From positions 44,848-108,847 of IMG/VR virus record IMGVR_UViG_3300025929_000013: 64,000 nt of DNA; one strand, written 5' to 3'. Below are positions 63,689-64,000 of the stretch, piece by piece; the first letter of the stretch is position 1; every line of letters begins with the position of its first letter. Made by a program: the position numbers and the translations under genes. The notes below the pieces were generated by a model. That model had not been told where the DNA came from and did no database searches. It saw only the letters and a list, made by a program, of their open reading frames with translations. The stretch is from a virus.

Positions 63689-63706
63689 GTGTCAATTTCT
63701 TGACAC
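63689..63706. promoter_or_regulatory. operator-like palindrome GTGTCAA-TTTC-TTGACAC in a lower-GC non-coding region
   Basis: Perfect 7-bp inverted repeat containing TTGACA on both strands. Confidence 0.5.
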
Positions 63707-64000
63707 ATATAAGCCACAGTACACACACGTGCTGCACGCAGGGGCTGTGTATACGCGCTGCGAGTCGCTGACGTGCGGATGTTAGCAGTTTGCCCCTTTT
63801 GGTATACCGATAATACCTGTTATCAGTATGCCTGACCAGGGAAAACGTGCCGTAGGCACCTGGACAGAGCGTCTCAGGATGCGATACGCCTCATCTTCAC
63901 ACCTGCGCAGGCGTTGTATGTCAAGCAATATACACGTGAAGCCCGTATGAGGCAGTGGATACAGGGTGCTCCGAGTATCAAGAGCTTGAGGGGCCTGATG

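Noticed and set aside
1-64000. Integrase, att site or host flank (prophage boundary)
   Set aside because: No recombinase or host housekeeping genes recognised; lifestyle cannot be determined from this window

Overview
About 64 kb of a high-GC (roughly 70%) actinobacterial myovirus-type phage. WhiB, SpoVS, DUF2637 and a GH25 lysin suggest a filamentous actinomycete host (inference). Nearly all real genes from 1 to 56.2 kb are on the minus strand. In transcription order: terminase; a structured ncRNA/tRNA-like cluster; holin-like membrane genes; portal, scaffold and major capsid; head-tail genes; contractile tail (sheath, tube, chaperone, tape measure with NlpC/P60 and SLT domains, baseplate, carbohydrate-binding tail proteins); holin; replication block (HTH initiator, DnaC-like, DnaB, primase, SNF2 helicase, SSB, PolA); recombination/regulation (RecA, Hjc-like, WhiB, Cas4-like, RuvC, SpoVS); endolysin; and a DpdA/TGT-like gene running off the left edge. 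The right end has small accessory genes on both strands and a lower-GC non-coding stretch. Main observations: (1) a 286-nt ORF-less group I intron splits the major capsid gene and is missed by the ORF track; (2) a ~390-nt cluster of structured RNA domains ends in an aberrant CCA-bearing tRNA-like module; (3) a dense GTGCAC palindrome array lies in the helicase 3' end, next to a membrane-anchored DUF2637/HTH gene; (4) A/T-ending codons cluster at conserved motifs of core genes; (5) a candidate UUU_CGC +1 frameshift in the tail chaperone. No integrase or CRISPR array was seen. All family calls come from motif recognition by eye; no database searches were run.
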